Shown: positions 51,545-60,644, counted from the stretch's first letter. The stretch is 64,000 nucleotides of DNA from an uncultured Bacteroidales bacterium (GCA_902784585.1 CACZVM010000011.1:5824-69823), one strand, 5' to 3'. The notes: generated from the letters alone by a model not told the origin. A program made the numbers and translations.

Positions 51545-52198
51545 TTACCTTAGGCCTACTATTTTGTGTAGTTGTACGCTCAGGCGCCAGAAGGGATGAG
51601 CGAGTATATAACGGACGGTGTCATCGAGGTTGTCGTTGCGGTCATCTTCCCACTCGTCCACGGCATGATCGATCAGCCATTCGCCGGTAAAGCGCAGAGG
51701 TTGCAACATCCAGTGCTCAGCCTCCAGTTGCGAGCGCCACACTTCGGGGTCGTACGTGCCGGTGAAGACCACCTTTACCTCGTTCACTCTCTTCAGCGCC
51801 AACGGAGCCTGACCGCTGACGGCTGAATGCTGAAGGCTTGTTTCCTTCGGCGAACAGGTAATCCAGTCGATGCCCTCCGGCAGCGGATGCGTGCCGTTGG
51901 TCTCTATGCAGATATAAAAACCTGCGGCATGCAGCGCATCCACAAGCGGCTTATCCACCTGCAGACTGGGTTCTCCACCCGTCAGCACCACCATCTTACG
52001 TCGCGGGTTCTGCAGGTCGTAAAGGGAGCATACTTCGGCCACCACCTCGTCAGCACTCATCTCACGATAGTCGGCAAACTCCGTGTCGCACCACGGGCAA
52101 CGCAGGTTGCAACCGCTCAAGCGCACAAACACAGCGGGAATACCACTGTGTGCTCCTTCGCCTTGCAAGGTATAGAATATTTCATTAACGCGGTACAC
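51545..52198 (-). CDS. queE: 7-carboxy-7-deazaguanine synthase (radical SAM)
   Basis: It has FYTLQGEG and the radical-SAM cluster motif CNLRCPWCDT. Confidence 0.85.
   Translation of the reverse strand: MYRVNEIFYTLQGEGAHSGIPAVFVRLSGCNLRCPWCDTEFADYREMSADEVVAEVCSLYDLQNPRRKMVVLTGGEPSLQVDKPLVDALHAAGFYICIETNGTHPLPEGIDWITCSPKETSLQHSAVSGQAPLALKRVNEVKVVFTGTYDPEVWRSQLEAEHWMLQPLRFTGEWLIDHAVDEWEDDRNDNLDDTVRYILAHPFWRLSVQLHKIVGLR
51808..51837. repeat. (GCTGANN) heptad array in frame inside queE
   Basis: CCTGACC GCTGACG GCTGAAT GCTGAAG, which encodes SLQHSAVSGQ on the minus strand. Confidence 0.6.
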
Positions 52199-52530
52199 TA
52201 ATCTCTCTCGTAGATAGCGACGTTGCCTTCTGACTCCTGCACGCTCACTTTATAGCAGTTCTCCACGTGGTCGCATATCCAGCGGGCGATATTCTCTGCC
52301 GAAGGATTGATATCCAACACCTCGTTGAGATACTTATGGTCGAAGGTGTCCTTCACCACACGCTTGATATGCGTGAAGTCGGTGACCATTCCATCGCGGT
52401 TCAGCTCCTTAGCGCGACAATAGACCACGATAATCCAATTGTGGCCATGCAGACTCTCACATTTACTTTCGTACGACAGCTCCAGATTGTGCGCTGCCGA
52501 GATCTCTATTCTTTTTTCAACGTAATACAT
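52198..52530 (-). CDS. queD: 6-carboxytetrahydropterin synthase
   Basis: It has the motifs SAAHNL...CESLHGHNW. The start is set at ATG 52530 ([10 protein letters not shown]); the longer track ORF is an Arg-rich extension into queC. Confidence 0.85.
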   Translation of the reverse strand: MYYVEKRIEISAAHNLELSYESKCESLHGHNWIIVVYCRAKELNRDGMVTDFTHIKRVVKDTFDHKYLNEVLDINPSAENIARWICDHVENCYKVSVQESEGNVAIYERD

Positions 52531-53150
52531 GCTTCTCTTAATGCTTCTTCTCTTTCGCGACATGTGCCGCAGACGCCGCAGGGCTTGTCTCCGCCCTTGT
52601 AGCAGCTCCATGTCTCGTCGTAGTTGATACCCAGTTTCAGTCCGTGACGCACTATTTCCGTTTTGGAAATATTGGTATAGGGAGTGAGCAGTCGGACGCC
52701 GTTCCACGTGCCGGCCTCCACCGCACGGTCCATCGCCTCGACGAAGGCGGGTCGGCAGTCGGGATAGATCGTATGGTCGCCGGAATGGTTGGCCAGCATA
52801 ATATATTGCAGCTTCTCGTTCTCGGCAATGCCTGCCGCGATAGAGAGCATGATGCCGTTGCGGAAAGGCACGACGGTGGAACGCATATTCTCTTCGTCGT
52901 AATTACCTTCGGGGATAGCTGCTGCGCCTTCGAGCAACGACGAACGGAACAAATCCTTAAAGAAGGACAGAGCCACTATTTTATGCGGAATACCGAGCCG
53001 CTGGCAATGCAGCCGAGCGAAGGTCAATTCCTTGTCGTTATGGTTGCTGCCGTAGTGGAACGAGACCGCCAAGGCTATCCGCTCGCGGTACTCATATAGC
53101 ATCGTGGTAGAGTCCAGTCCGCCGGACAAAACTATCAGACTATCTTTCAT
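52506..53150 (-). CDS. queC: 7-cyano-7-deazaguanine synthase
   Basis: It has the PP-loop [10 protein letters not shown] and the C-terminal Cys cluster [15 protein letters not shown]. The start is set at ATG 53150. Confidence 0.85.
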   Translation of the reverse strand: MKDSLIVLSGGLDSTTMLYEYRERIALAVSFHYGSNHNDKELTFARLHCQRLGIPHKIVALSFFKDLFRSSLLEGAAAIPEGNYDEENMRSTVVPFRNGIMLSIAAGIAENEKLQYIMLANHSGDHTIYPDCRPAFVEAMDRAVEAGTWNGVRLLTPYTNISKTEIVRHGLKLGINYDETWSCYKGGDKPCGVCGTCREREEALREACITLKKE

Positions 53151-53616
53151 AGGCCTTGCTAAACTGCTCGCGAAGTCGCTGGGCTTTGAGTTCCTGATGT
53201 TCGGCATCGGCGTAATTGGCAAACGGATAGATGCTAATGCCTCCACGGGGCATGAACCAGCCGGTCACCTCCAGATACTTGGGGTCCATCAGCCGCACCA
53301 GATCCTTCATGATGATGTTCACGCAGTCTTCGTGGAAGTCACCATGGTTGCGGAACGAGAAGAGGTAGAGCTTCAGGCTTTTGCTCTCCACCATACGCAC
53401 GCGCGGGATATAACTAATGTATATATGTCCGAAGTCGGGTTGTCCGGTCTTGGGGCAGAGCGTAGTGAACTCCGGGCAGTTGAAGGTGACCAGATACTCA
53501 TTCTCCGGGTGCTTGTTCTCAAAGGTCTCCAGCACGTCGGGATTGTACTGATCGCTGTATTGCACGTGTTGGTTGCCAAGCAGGGTGACACCCTGTAGTT
53601 CGTTGTCGGTTCGCAT
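53140..53616 (-). CDS. queF: NADPH-dependent 7-cyano-7-deazaguanine reductase (unimodular type)
   Basis: It has the catalytic Cys motif [14 protein letters not shown] and the downstream pattern ESKSLKLYL...FHE. Confidence 0.85.
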   Translation of the reverse strand: MRTDNELQGVTLLGNQHVQYSDQYNPDVLETFENKHPENEYLVTFNCPEFTTLCPKTGQPDFGHIYISYIPRVRMVESKSLKLYLFSFRNHGDFHEDCVNIIMKDLVRLMDPKYLEVTGWFMPRGGISIYPFANYADAEHQELKAQRLREQFSKAYER

Positions 53617-53640
53617 AACGGTTTTGATTTTATATCCTTC

Positions 53641-54285
53641 TTATGCCTTCATCTCCCGTATAGCCTGTTCGGGATCAGGAGCGCCGAACACGGCACTGCC
53701 GGCCACCAGCACATCTGCGCCGGCTGCAAACAGTTCGGCCGCGTTGCGGGTGTTGACGCCTCCGTCTATCTCGATGAGGGTCTGGAGTCCGCGACGCTCT
53801 ATCTCCGCCTTGATGAAGCGAATCTTATCCATGGTCTCAGGGATAAATTTCTGTCCTCCGAAGCCGGCGAAGACGGACATGAGTAATACCATATCCACCT
53901 TGTCCAGATAAGGCACCAGGCGCTTCACGTCTATATCCGGATTGATCGTGAGGCACGTACGTACGCCCTTGGACTTGATCAGGTCCAGCACAGGCAGCGG
54001 ATTGTCCACAGCCTCCAGATGGAAGCCCACCGACCAGGCACCGGCGTCGCAGAAGCGCTCTACGTATTTCTCCGGATGGACGATCATAAGATGTACGTCC
54101 AAAGGCTTGGTGCAATACTTATGCATCGGTTCCATCAGCGGGAACCCGAACGAGATATTGGGTACGAACGTACCATCCATCACATCCACGTGCAGCCAGT
54201 CGGCCTCACTGCGGTTGATCATCTGCAGGTCATCAGCCAGATGGCCGAAATCAGCCGACAGCACAGAAGGGGCAATAAGTTTCAT
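53641..54285 (-). CDS. rpe: Ribulose-phosphate 3-epimerase
   Basis: MKLIAPSVLSADFGHL...HVDVMDG...GFGGQKF. The start is set at ATG 54285, downstream of the promoter -7 box at 54307-54314. Confidence 0.9.
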   Translation of the reverse strand: MKLIAPSVLSADFGHLADDLQMINRSEADWLHVDVMDGTFVPNISFGFPLMEPMHKYCTKPLDVHLMIVHPEKYVERFCDAGAWSVGFHLEAVDNPLPVLDLIKSKGVRTCLTINPDIDVKRLVPYLDKVDMVLLMSVFAGFGGQKFIPETMDKIRFIKAEIERRGLQTLIEIDGGVNTRNAAELFAAGADVLVAGSAVFGAPDPEQAIREMKA

Positions 54286-54306
54286 CGTTGTCAAAAAATT
54301 TTTCTG

Positions 54307-54337
54307 CAAAATTACTGCTTTTTTCTCAAATATGCAA
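54307..54337 (-). promoter_or_regulatory. Promoter for the rpe-queFCDE operon
   Basis: On the minus strand TTG is at 54335-54337 and AAAAAAGCAG-TAATTTTG at 54307-54314. Confidence 0.6.
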
Positions 54338-54354
54338 AAAAAATGCACAAAAAT

Positions 54355-54385
54355 TTGGTCATGTAAAAAAAAAGCAGTACCTTTG
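54355..54385 (+). promoter_or_regulatory. Promoter for rpmH-rbfA
   Basis: TTG is at 54355-54357 and A9-GCAG-TACCTTTG at 54378-54385. Confidence 0.6.
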
Positions 54386-54454
54386 CACGCTTTTTACGTC
54401 GAGAACACATGTATAAACCCGTCCTCGTGAGAGGACACAAACAATAATTGAACA

Positions 54455-54613
54455 ATGAAACGTACATTTCAACCTTCCCAACGCAAGCGCCGTAACAAAC
54501 ACGGTTTCTTGGAGAGAATGGCTTCTGCTAACGGTCGCCGCGTGCTGGCAGCACGTCGTGCCAAAGGTCGCAAGAAACTGACCGTTGCTGACGAAGGACG
54601 CCACAAATTTTAA
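54455..54613 (+). CDS. rpmH: 50S ribosomal protein L34
   Basis: Own translation: [52 protein letters not shown] (52 aa). It is below the ORF-track size cut-off. Confidence 0.9.
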   Translation: MKRTFQPSQRKRRNKHGFLERMASANGRRVLAARRAKGRKKLTVADEGRHKF

Positions 54614-54948
54614 TGGAGTCAACTAGACAACACAAGATCGCTCGGTTGATACAAAAAGACATGAGCGACATTCTTCTGCGATACGCGCGCACGTTGCACG
54701 GAACACTTATTTCCGTCAGCGAGGTGCGCGTTTCGCCTGATCTCTCTATCGCGCACATCTATCTGTCTATCTTCCCGCAAAACAAGGTGGCGGAAACGAT
54801 GACGCTTGTCACAGAGAACACCCACCGCTTTCGCGGTGAACTCGGCACATTGGAGCGCCATCAACTGCGTATTATTCCCGAAATAATCTTCCATCTGGAC
54901 GAGACGATCGACCGGATGGAGCGCATTGATGAGTTGCTTCATGCCTAA
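54613..54948 (+). CDS. rbfA: Ribosome-binding factor A
   Basis: [22 protein letters not shown]...VSEVRVSPDLSIAHIYLS. Its start overlaps the rpmH stop (TAATG). Confidence 0.8.
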   Translation: MESTRQHKIARLIQKDMSDILLRYARTLHGTLISVSEVRVSPDLSIAHIYLSIFPQNKVAETMTLVTENTHRFRGELGTLERHQLRIIPEIIFHLDETIDRMERIDELLHA

Positions 54949-56695
54949 TCTGCATTCTTACATAGCCTGGCGTTATCTTTTCTCGCGGAAGGGACACAAC
55001 GCCATCAACATCGTCACGGGTGTCAGTACCGTGGCGGTGGCTGTCGTGACGGCAGCGATGGTATGCGTGCTGAGTGTGATGAACGGTTTCGGCACGCTGG
55101 TGGAGCATATGTTCTCCGAGTTCGATCCGGTGCTGCTCGTGGAGCGTACCGACGGCCAGGCTTTTCGCACCGACACCCTACCCGTCTCGACGCTCTATGC
55201 AATGGACGGCATCGACTACCTGAGCGGGCAACTCGAGCAGACGGCGTTGGTGCGCTACAAAGACCATCAGTTGCCGGCGCGCATCCTGGGCGTGGACAGC
55301 CTCTTCACCCGCACAGCTCATATCGACTCAATCATCAACGACGGCTTCTACAGCGTCTGGGACGGTGCGTTCGACCGTACCGTACTCGGCCGGGGACTGG
55401 CTTCACAATTGGGCGTGAACGCCCATTTCGTGGGTGCACTCCATTTGTATGCGCCTACGCGCACGGGTAGCATCAATATGCTGCGCCCCGACTTGTCGCT
55501 GCGCCACGAGCATGCCTTCATAGCCGGTACCTTCGCCGTCAACCAGATCGAGTATGACGATCAGGTCATGGTGGTAGGCATCGACCTGGCCCGACGCCTC
55601 TTCGAGTACGACAGTTGCAGCGTCACTGCCCTGCGCATCCAGCCGAAAAATGAAAAAAAATCAGAAATCATAAATCTGAAATCACAAATATCTAAAACGT
55701 TGGGATTATCCTTCAAAGTGTTAGACCGCTACGAACAGCAGGCCGACTTCTTCCGTATTTTGCGTATCGAGAAATGGCTGACGGTACTGCTGCTCTTCTT
55801 CATCCTTCTCATCGCCAGTTTTAATATCATCGGTTCTCTCTCTATGCTCATCATCGACAAGACGGAGGATATACGCATCCTCTCCCATCTGGGGGCTGAC
55901 GAACCTACTATCCGTCGCATCTTCCTTTGCGAAGGATGGCTGATCTCATCGCTGGGCGCACTGATTGGTCTGCTCGTCGGCGTGCTGCTCTGCCTGGGGC
56001 AACAGCATTTCGGTTGGCTCACGCTGGGCAACGGCATGGACTATGTCATCTCCGCCTACCCCGTGGAGGTGCAGGCGGGCGATATCGTGCTGGTAGCCGC
56101 TATCGTGCTGCTGCTCGGTCTGGTGGCCGCCTGGTACCCCTCACGTAAGATTCGTATTCCGGTAGCAGTCCTGCTGCTGGGCATCAGTCTGGCCTCGTGT
56201 ACGCCTACCCACCGTGCGCCTCGCGGAGGTCTACCCACGGAATATACCGAGGCATGGCAGACGGCCTACGGTCATTGCTATGACTCCATCCCTTCGGCGG
56301 TCGTCTCTCTCGACCTGTATAGCGACGGGCTGAGTGTGGACAACGAGGAGCACCGGATGGTCGGCACGGGGTATAACCTCTACCTCTCGGATATCTTCGT
56401 TCCCGACTCACTGCTCTCCGTCGGCACCTACCGCTCGGCCACAGGCGGCGAACCCTATACGTTCCTGCCCGGGCGCAACTGGGACGGCACCCCTACGGGC
56501 ATGTATCTGCTCTACGTGGAGGAGGGGCAACTGCAGTCGATACAAGTGCTCGACAGCGGTACGATGGTCGTTCGCGACACCACCAACCGGTTGCTCGACC
56601 TGCAGTTCACGCTCTACTACCACAACGCCTACGGCTATCGCTTACAATACACCACCCACTACCAAGGCCTGCTGCTACCATGGCAAAAAAAATAA
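54941..56695 (+). CDS. FtsX/LolE-like ABC-transporter permease fused in frame to a lipoprotein-like C-terminal domain
   Basis: The N-terminus IAWRYLFSRKGHNAINIVTGVS and four TM segments make up the permease, which ends near AAWYPSRKI. The frame continues into RIPVAVLLLGISLASC (signal peptide + lipobox) plus ~165 further residues. The start could also be 54926 or 54929. Confidence 0.65.
   Translation: MPNLHSYIAWRYLFSRKGHNAINIVTGVSTVAVAVVTAAMVCVLSVMNGFGTLVEHMFSEFDPVLLVERTDGQAFRTDTLPVSTLYAMDGIDYLSGQLEQTALVRYKDHQLPARILGVDSLFTRTAHIDSIINDGFYSVWDGAFDRTVLGRGLASQLGVNAHFVGALHLYAPTRTGSINMLRPDLSLRHEHAFIAGTFAVNQIEYDDQVMVVGIDLARRLFEYDSCSVTALRIQPKNEKKSEIINLKSQISKTLGLSFKVLDRYEQQADFFRILRIEKWLTVLLLFFILLIASFNIIGSLSMLIIDKTEDIRILSHLGADEPTIRRIFLCEGWLISSLGALIGLLVGVLLCLGQQHFGWLTLGNGMDYVISAYPVEVQAGDIVLVAAIVLLLGLVAAWYPSRKIRIPVAVLLLGISLASCTPTHRAPRGGLPTEYTEAWQTAYGHCYDSIPSAVVSLDLYSDGLSVDNEEHRMVGTGYNLYLSDIFVPDSLLSVGTYRSATGGEPYTFLPGRNWDGTPTGMYLLYVEEGQLQSIQVLDSGTMVVRDTTNRLLDLQFTLYYHNAYGYRLQYTTHYQGLLLPWQKK
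55646..55697. repeat. (AAATCNN) heptad array in frame inside the lolE-like gene
   Basis: AAATCAG AAATCAT AAATCTG AAATCAC AAATATC is preceded by an A-rich run. It encodes KNEKKSEIINLKSQISK. Confidence 0.7.
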
Positions 56696-57591
56696 GTTCC
56701 GACGAGGCGCTGCTGCGCGAATACCATACCTACCTGCGCCTGGAGCGAGGTTACTCGCCCAATACGGTAGAGGGGTATGAACAGGACCTGGAGAAGCTGC
56801 GCACCTATGCCGCCGAACTGCAGTTGGACTATGTGCACATGGAGTTTGAGCAACTCGAGGACTTCATCTTCAAGCAGTTCAAGGACACCCGTTCGGAGGC
56901 CACGCAGGCACGCATACTCGCGGGTATTCACGCCTGGTTTCGTTTTCTGCTTTACAAGGATTATATCGAGCAAGACCCCTCCGAACTGCTGGAGGGGCCG
57001 CGTAAGTCGCGTCATCTGCCTACGGTCCTCTCGCTGGACGAGGTCAACCGCATGATGGCGGCTATCGACCTGAGCAGCAACGAGGGACATCGCAACCGCG
57101 CGATGATGGAGATGCTCTACGGCAGCGGACTGCGTGTGAGCGAACTGGTCAACCTGCAGCTGAGCCATATTTACCTCAGCGACCATTATATGCTCATTGA
57201 GGGCAAGGGTAGCAAGCAACGCCTGGTACCCCTCTCTCCGGTAGCGGAGGAGTGGTTCGGCTATTGGATGCAAGAACGCAGCACGTGGCCGCTCAAGCCT
57301 GAGTCGCAGGACATCGCCTTCGTCAATCGCTACGGACGTCCGCTGACGCGTGCGATGGTATTTACCATCGTCAAACGGCTGTGTGCCGAGGCAGGTATCA
57401 GCAAGACCGTCAGTCCGCACACGCTGCGCCACTCGTTTGCCACCCATCTGCTGCAGAACGGGGCTGACCTGCGCGTCATACAACAACTGCTGGGACACGA
57501 AGACCTCGGCACTACCGAGATATACACCCACCTGAACGTACAAGACCTGCGCAACGCGGTACTGAAATGCCACCCGGCGAACAGAGGTTAA
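56680..57591 (+). CDS. xerD: Tyrosine site-specific recombinase XerD
   Basis: The catalytic residues are in order (R..., HTLRHSFATHLL, ...GHEDLGTTEIYTH). Length is 303 aa, and the flanks are housekeeping genes. Confidence 0.8.
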   Translation: MAKKISSDEALLREYHTYLRLERGYSPNTVEGYEQDLEKLRTYAAELQLDYVHMEFEQLEDFIFKQFKDTRSEATQARILAGIHAWFRFLLYKDYIEQDPSELLEGPRKSRHLPTVLSLDEVNRMMAAIDLSSNEGHRNRAMMEMLYGSGLRVSELVNLQLSHIYLSDHYMLIEGKGSKQRLVPLSPVAEEWFGYWMQERSTWPLKPESQDIAFVNRYGRPLTRAMVFTIVKRLCAEAGISKTVSPHTLRHSFATHLLQNGADLRVIQQLLGHEDLGTTEIYTHLNVQDLRNAVLKCHPANRG

Positions 57592-57618
57592 AGATGAAAG
57601 ATGAAGGATGAAAGAAAC
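57590..57618. repeat. (GATGAAR) heptad array spanning the xerD stop and the start of the next gene
   Basis: AAA GATGAAA GATGAAG GATGAAA GAAAC. Confidence 0.65.
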
Positions 57619-59988
57619 ATAGCAGGAAAGATAGGACTCATCATCCTTTCATTTTTCATTTTATATTTTTCTCCACTCTCTGCCGTCGAGACGATCATCG
57701 TCGGTGAGGTGGTGAACGAGACGACGGGCGAACCTATCCCAAACGTGAACATCCATTTTCGCGGTACGAAGATTGGCACCAGTTCGGACGAGAGCGGTGC
57801 GTATGCGCTACGCGTGGACATGACGGGCGAGGCCCAACTGGTCTTCTCCGCCGTAGGCTACTACACCCAGCGTTTTGACATCCAACCCGGTGCGATGGCA
57901 GGTCTGCAGGTGGCGATGCGCGAGAAGAGCGCGATGCTCGCCGAGGTGGTGGTGGCGCCCAATGAGAACCCTGCGCTGGAGGTGCTCCGGCAGGTACGTG
58001 CCCACCGTGCGGAGAACGACCGCAGCCTGCATGACGAACGGAGCAGCCGCGTGCAACGCGAACAGACGCTATATGTGTCGCAGATACAGAAACGCCATCT
58101 GCGCCGCGCCCTCTGGCGCAACCTGCAGGACGGCATGATTGCGCAAGCCGACTCCACCTATATCCTGCCGCTCTACCGCGAGACACAATCGTTTCTGCTG
58201 AGCGGCAAAGAGATGTGGCCGGCCAACGACCAGACACGCCAGGCGCTCATCCTCTCCGAGACCGACTACTCGTCTCTGCTAGGAGGCGAGGGCAACCTGA
58301 ATTTCTATGCCAACTCGGTCAGCCTGATGGGCCACGCCTTCCTCTCGCCGCTCGCCGCAGGCGGCAACCTATACTACCGCTATTACATAGCGGAGCCGTC
58401 AGATGTCAGCCTTCCGCTGTCAGACAAAGAGTGCGCCATCGTTTTTCGGACGCGCAACCCCTTCTACGCCACCTTCAACGGTACGATGGTCATCGACACC
58501 TCCACTTTCGCGCTGCGCGCCATCCAGGCGTACGTGCCGGCAGAGGTGGCCGTCAACTACGTCAACACCATCCATCTGAGCCAGACGCTCCTGCCCGACG
58601 GCAGCCTCGGCGAAGAGCAGCTGTCGGTCCTGCTGGATTTTGCCGTCAAGACCCAACGCGGCGGCACCGTCTTCCCCACCCTCCTGCTGACCACCCGTCT
58701 AACAGGCTCTGAAAGAGCCGATCTGACAGCAACGCGGTCGAACAGTCCGCAGGACGGTCTAACAGGCGTAGCCGATCTAACGGCCGCCACCGATTCGGCT
58801 TTTGCGGCACTAGACTCGATGCCGTTGATGCGCACCGCCAAATGGTTCGCCACCATCGCCATGACGGGGTATATACCTACGGGAACGATGGTGGACTTCG
58901 GTCATATAGAGGAGATACTTCAGGTCAACCGGCACGAGGGCGTACATATCGGTCTACCGCTGCGCACCAATGAGAAGTTCTCCAAGACCGTCAGTCTGGA
59001 GGCCTCGGTGGGTTACGGTTTCCGCGACCGCAGCGTGAAGGGCATGGGACGTGTGTCGGTCAATCTGCCTACGCCGCGCAAGAATATCCTGCAGCTGGAG
59101 TACCACGACCGCTATGTATGGTCGGAAGTGGACGATATGGACCGCCTGCTGCGCGAGAATAGCATGGGTTGGGGCAACATGGACTTCACGGCGTATGCCT
59201 TCGAGGCCCTATGGCGCGACTCGCTATGTGTCAGCACTGCGCTGCGCCAGCGCCAACTGCAGGCGCACTGGTTTGCCGACTGGACATCCAACATAGAGAC
59301 CCACGCATATATCCGTGCGGGCTGGCAGGACGGCTATGCCTACCAGTCGCTCAGCGCCATCATGCGCCTGAGTTGGGGAGAGCGCAAGTACGACGGCTAT
59401 TTCATGCGCCGTTACACCTATTCAGGCAAGTATCCTGTGCTCTACCTCGGACTCGAGACAGGCCACTGGTCAATGACCAATGACCAATCACCAACCACCA
59501 ATGCGCAAAGCGCGCTCTACGCCCACTTGCGCCTGATGCTGACCCAGCATGCCCAATTGGGCATGGGTGGAACGCTCACCTATGCACTGCAGGCGGGTGC
59601 GCTCTTCGGACGCGTACCGACCACGCTGCTCTGGCAGGCCAACGGCAACCAGGGCTATGCCTACGACCCCTACCGCTTCACGCTGCTGCACGGCAGACAG
59701 CTGCTGGCAGACAAGTACGTGGCGCTGCATACGGAGTGGAACGGCCAGGGCATACTGTTTAACATGATCCCGGGTATCCGCTGGTTGCATCTGCGCGAAC
59801 TTGTGGAAGCCAAGCTCGCCTACGGGTCGAGAGGCTCGACACCCGAACTGCCATCCGGATCACTACTCTACACAGAAATAGGCGTAGGTATTGGTAATAT
59901 CCTACGCCTATGCGACTTGTATTCAGTCTGGTCGCTCTCGCCTAACGTACAATGGGCGATGCGTTTCCGTATTCACCTGGGGCTATAA
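57601..59988 (+). CDS. CarboxypepD_reg-like domain + large beta-rich (DUF5686-like) outer-membrane-associated protein
   Basis: The N-terminus IIVGEVVNETTGEPIPNVNIHFRGTKIGTSSDESGAYALRV is a carboxypeptidase regulatory-like fold. Total length is 795 aa. Confidence 0.6.
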   Translation: MKDERNIAGKIGLIILSFFILYFSPLSAVETIIVGEVVNETTGEPIPNVNIHFRGTKIGTSSDESGAYALRVDMTGEAQLVFSAVGYYTQRFDIQPGAMAGLQVAMREKSAMLAEVVVAPNENPALEVLRQVRAHRAENDRSLHDERSSRVQREQTLYVSQIQKRHLRRALWRNLQDGMIAQADSTYILPLYRETQSFLLSGKEMWPANDQTRQALILSETDYSSLLGGEGNLNFYANSVSLMGHAFLSPLAAGGNLYYRYYIAEPSDVSLPLSDKECAIVFRTRNPFYATFNGTMVIDTSTFALRAIQAYVPAEVAVNYVNTIHLSQTLLPDGSLGEEQLSVLLDFAVKTQRGGTVFPTLLLTTRLTGSERADLTATRSNSPQDGLTGVADLTAATDSAFAALDSMPLMRTAKWFATIAMTGYIPTGTMVDFGHIEEILQVNRHEGVHIGLPLRTNEKFSKTVSLEASVGYGFRDRSVKGMGRVSVNLPTPRKNILQLEYHDRYVWSEVDDMDRLLRENSMGWGNMDFTAYAFEALWRDSLCVSTALRQRQLQAHWFADWTSNIETHAYIRAGWQDGYAYQSLSAIMRLSWGERKYDGYFMRRYTYSGKYPVLYLGLETGHWSMTNDQSPTTNAQSALYAHLRLMLTQHAQLGMGGTLTYALQAGALFGRVPTTLLWQANGNQGYAYDPYRFTLLHGRQLLADKYVALHTEWNGQGILFNMIPGIRWLHLRELVEAKLAYGSRGSTPELPSGSLLYTEIGVGIGNILRLCDLYSVWSLSPNVQWAMRFRIHLGL
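59471..59503. repeat. (CCAATSA) heptad array in frame inside the DUF5686-like gene
   Basis: CAATGAC CAATGAC CAATCAC CAACCAC CAATG, which encodes SMTNDQSPTTNA. Confidence 0.7.
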
Positions 59989-59991
59989 GCC

Positions 59992-60639
59992 TCAGATCTC
60001 CTTGCCGGTCTGCTCCTTCGCCTCGAAGGGGAAGAGGCCGAACAGTTCCGCATCGATATGATCGGTCACCCAGCGGAAGTCCTCAGGGTTATTGCCGAAC
60101 TTGATCTTATCGCCATCGACGATGAGCAGTTTGCCCTTGTAGTCCTTAATCCAATTCTCATATTTGTCGTTCAGACCCTGCAGATAGTCGATACGGATGC
60201 TGGACTCGTAGCCGCGTCCGCGTTTCTGTATCTGCGCCACCAGTGTGGGGATGGACGCACGCACATAGATGAGCAGGTCGGGCATCTTCACGAGCGACAT
60301 CATCAGGTCGAACAGATCGCGGTAGTTCTCAAAATCGCGATCGGACATGAAGCCCTGGTCGTGCAGGTTGGGCGCGAAGATACGGGCATCCTCATAGATA
60401 GTACGGTCCTGGATGATGTACTGGTCAGACTTACCTATCTCCACCACGTCCTTGAAGCGCTTGTTGAGAAAATAGATCTGCAGGTTGAACGACCAGCGTC
60501 CCATGTCAGCATAGAAATCCGACAGGTAGGGGTTGTACTCTACGCTCTCGAAACGCGGTTCCCAGCCGTAATGTTTGGCCAGCATGTTAGTCAGTGTGGT
60601 CTTGCCACAACCTATATTTCCTGCGACAGCTATATGCAT
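59992..60639 (-). CDS. Deoxynucleoside kinase (paralog 1)
   Basis: It has the P-loop VAGNIGCGKTT and the dNK pattern DRTIYED...F. Length is 215 aa. Confidence 0.8.
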   Translation of the reverse strand: MHIAVAGNIGCGKTTLTNMLAKHYGWEPRFESVEYNPYLSDFYADMGRWSFNLQIYFLNKRFKDVVEIGKSDQYIIQDRTIYEDARIFAPNLHDQGFMSDRDFENYRDLFDLMMSLVKMPDLLIYVRASIPTLVAQIQKRGRGYESSIRIDYLQGLNDKYENWIKDYKGKLLIVDGDKIKFGNNPEDFRWVTDHIDAELFGLFPFEAKEQTGKEI

Positions 60640-60644
60640 ATCTT

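Noticed and set aside
52198-53246. Long N-terminal extensions of queD (to 52707) and queC (to 53246) in the ORF track
   Set aside because: The extensions overlap the upstream genes in another frame and are Arg/Ser-rich. Conserved N-termini begin at ATG 52530 (MYYVEKR) and ATG 53150 ([11 protein letters not shown]).
56659-57573. 304-aa minus-strand ORF antisense to xerD
   Set aside because: The plus strand carries the tyrosine-recombinase catalytic residues.
56680-57591. XerD as an integrase marking a mobile element
   Set aside because: It is flanked by housekeeping genes and overlaps the upstream gene. There is no adjacent tRNA target, direct repeats or cargo. This is consistent with the chromosomal dimer-resolution recombinase.
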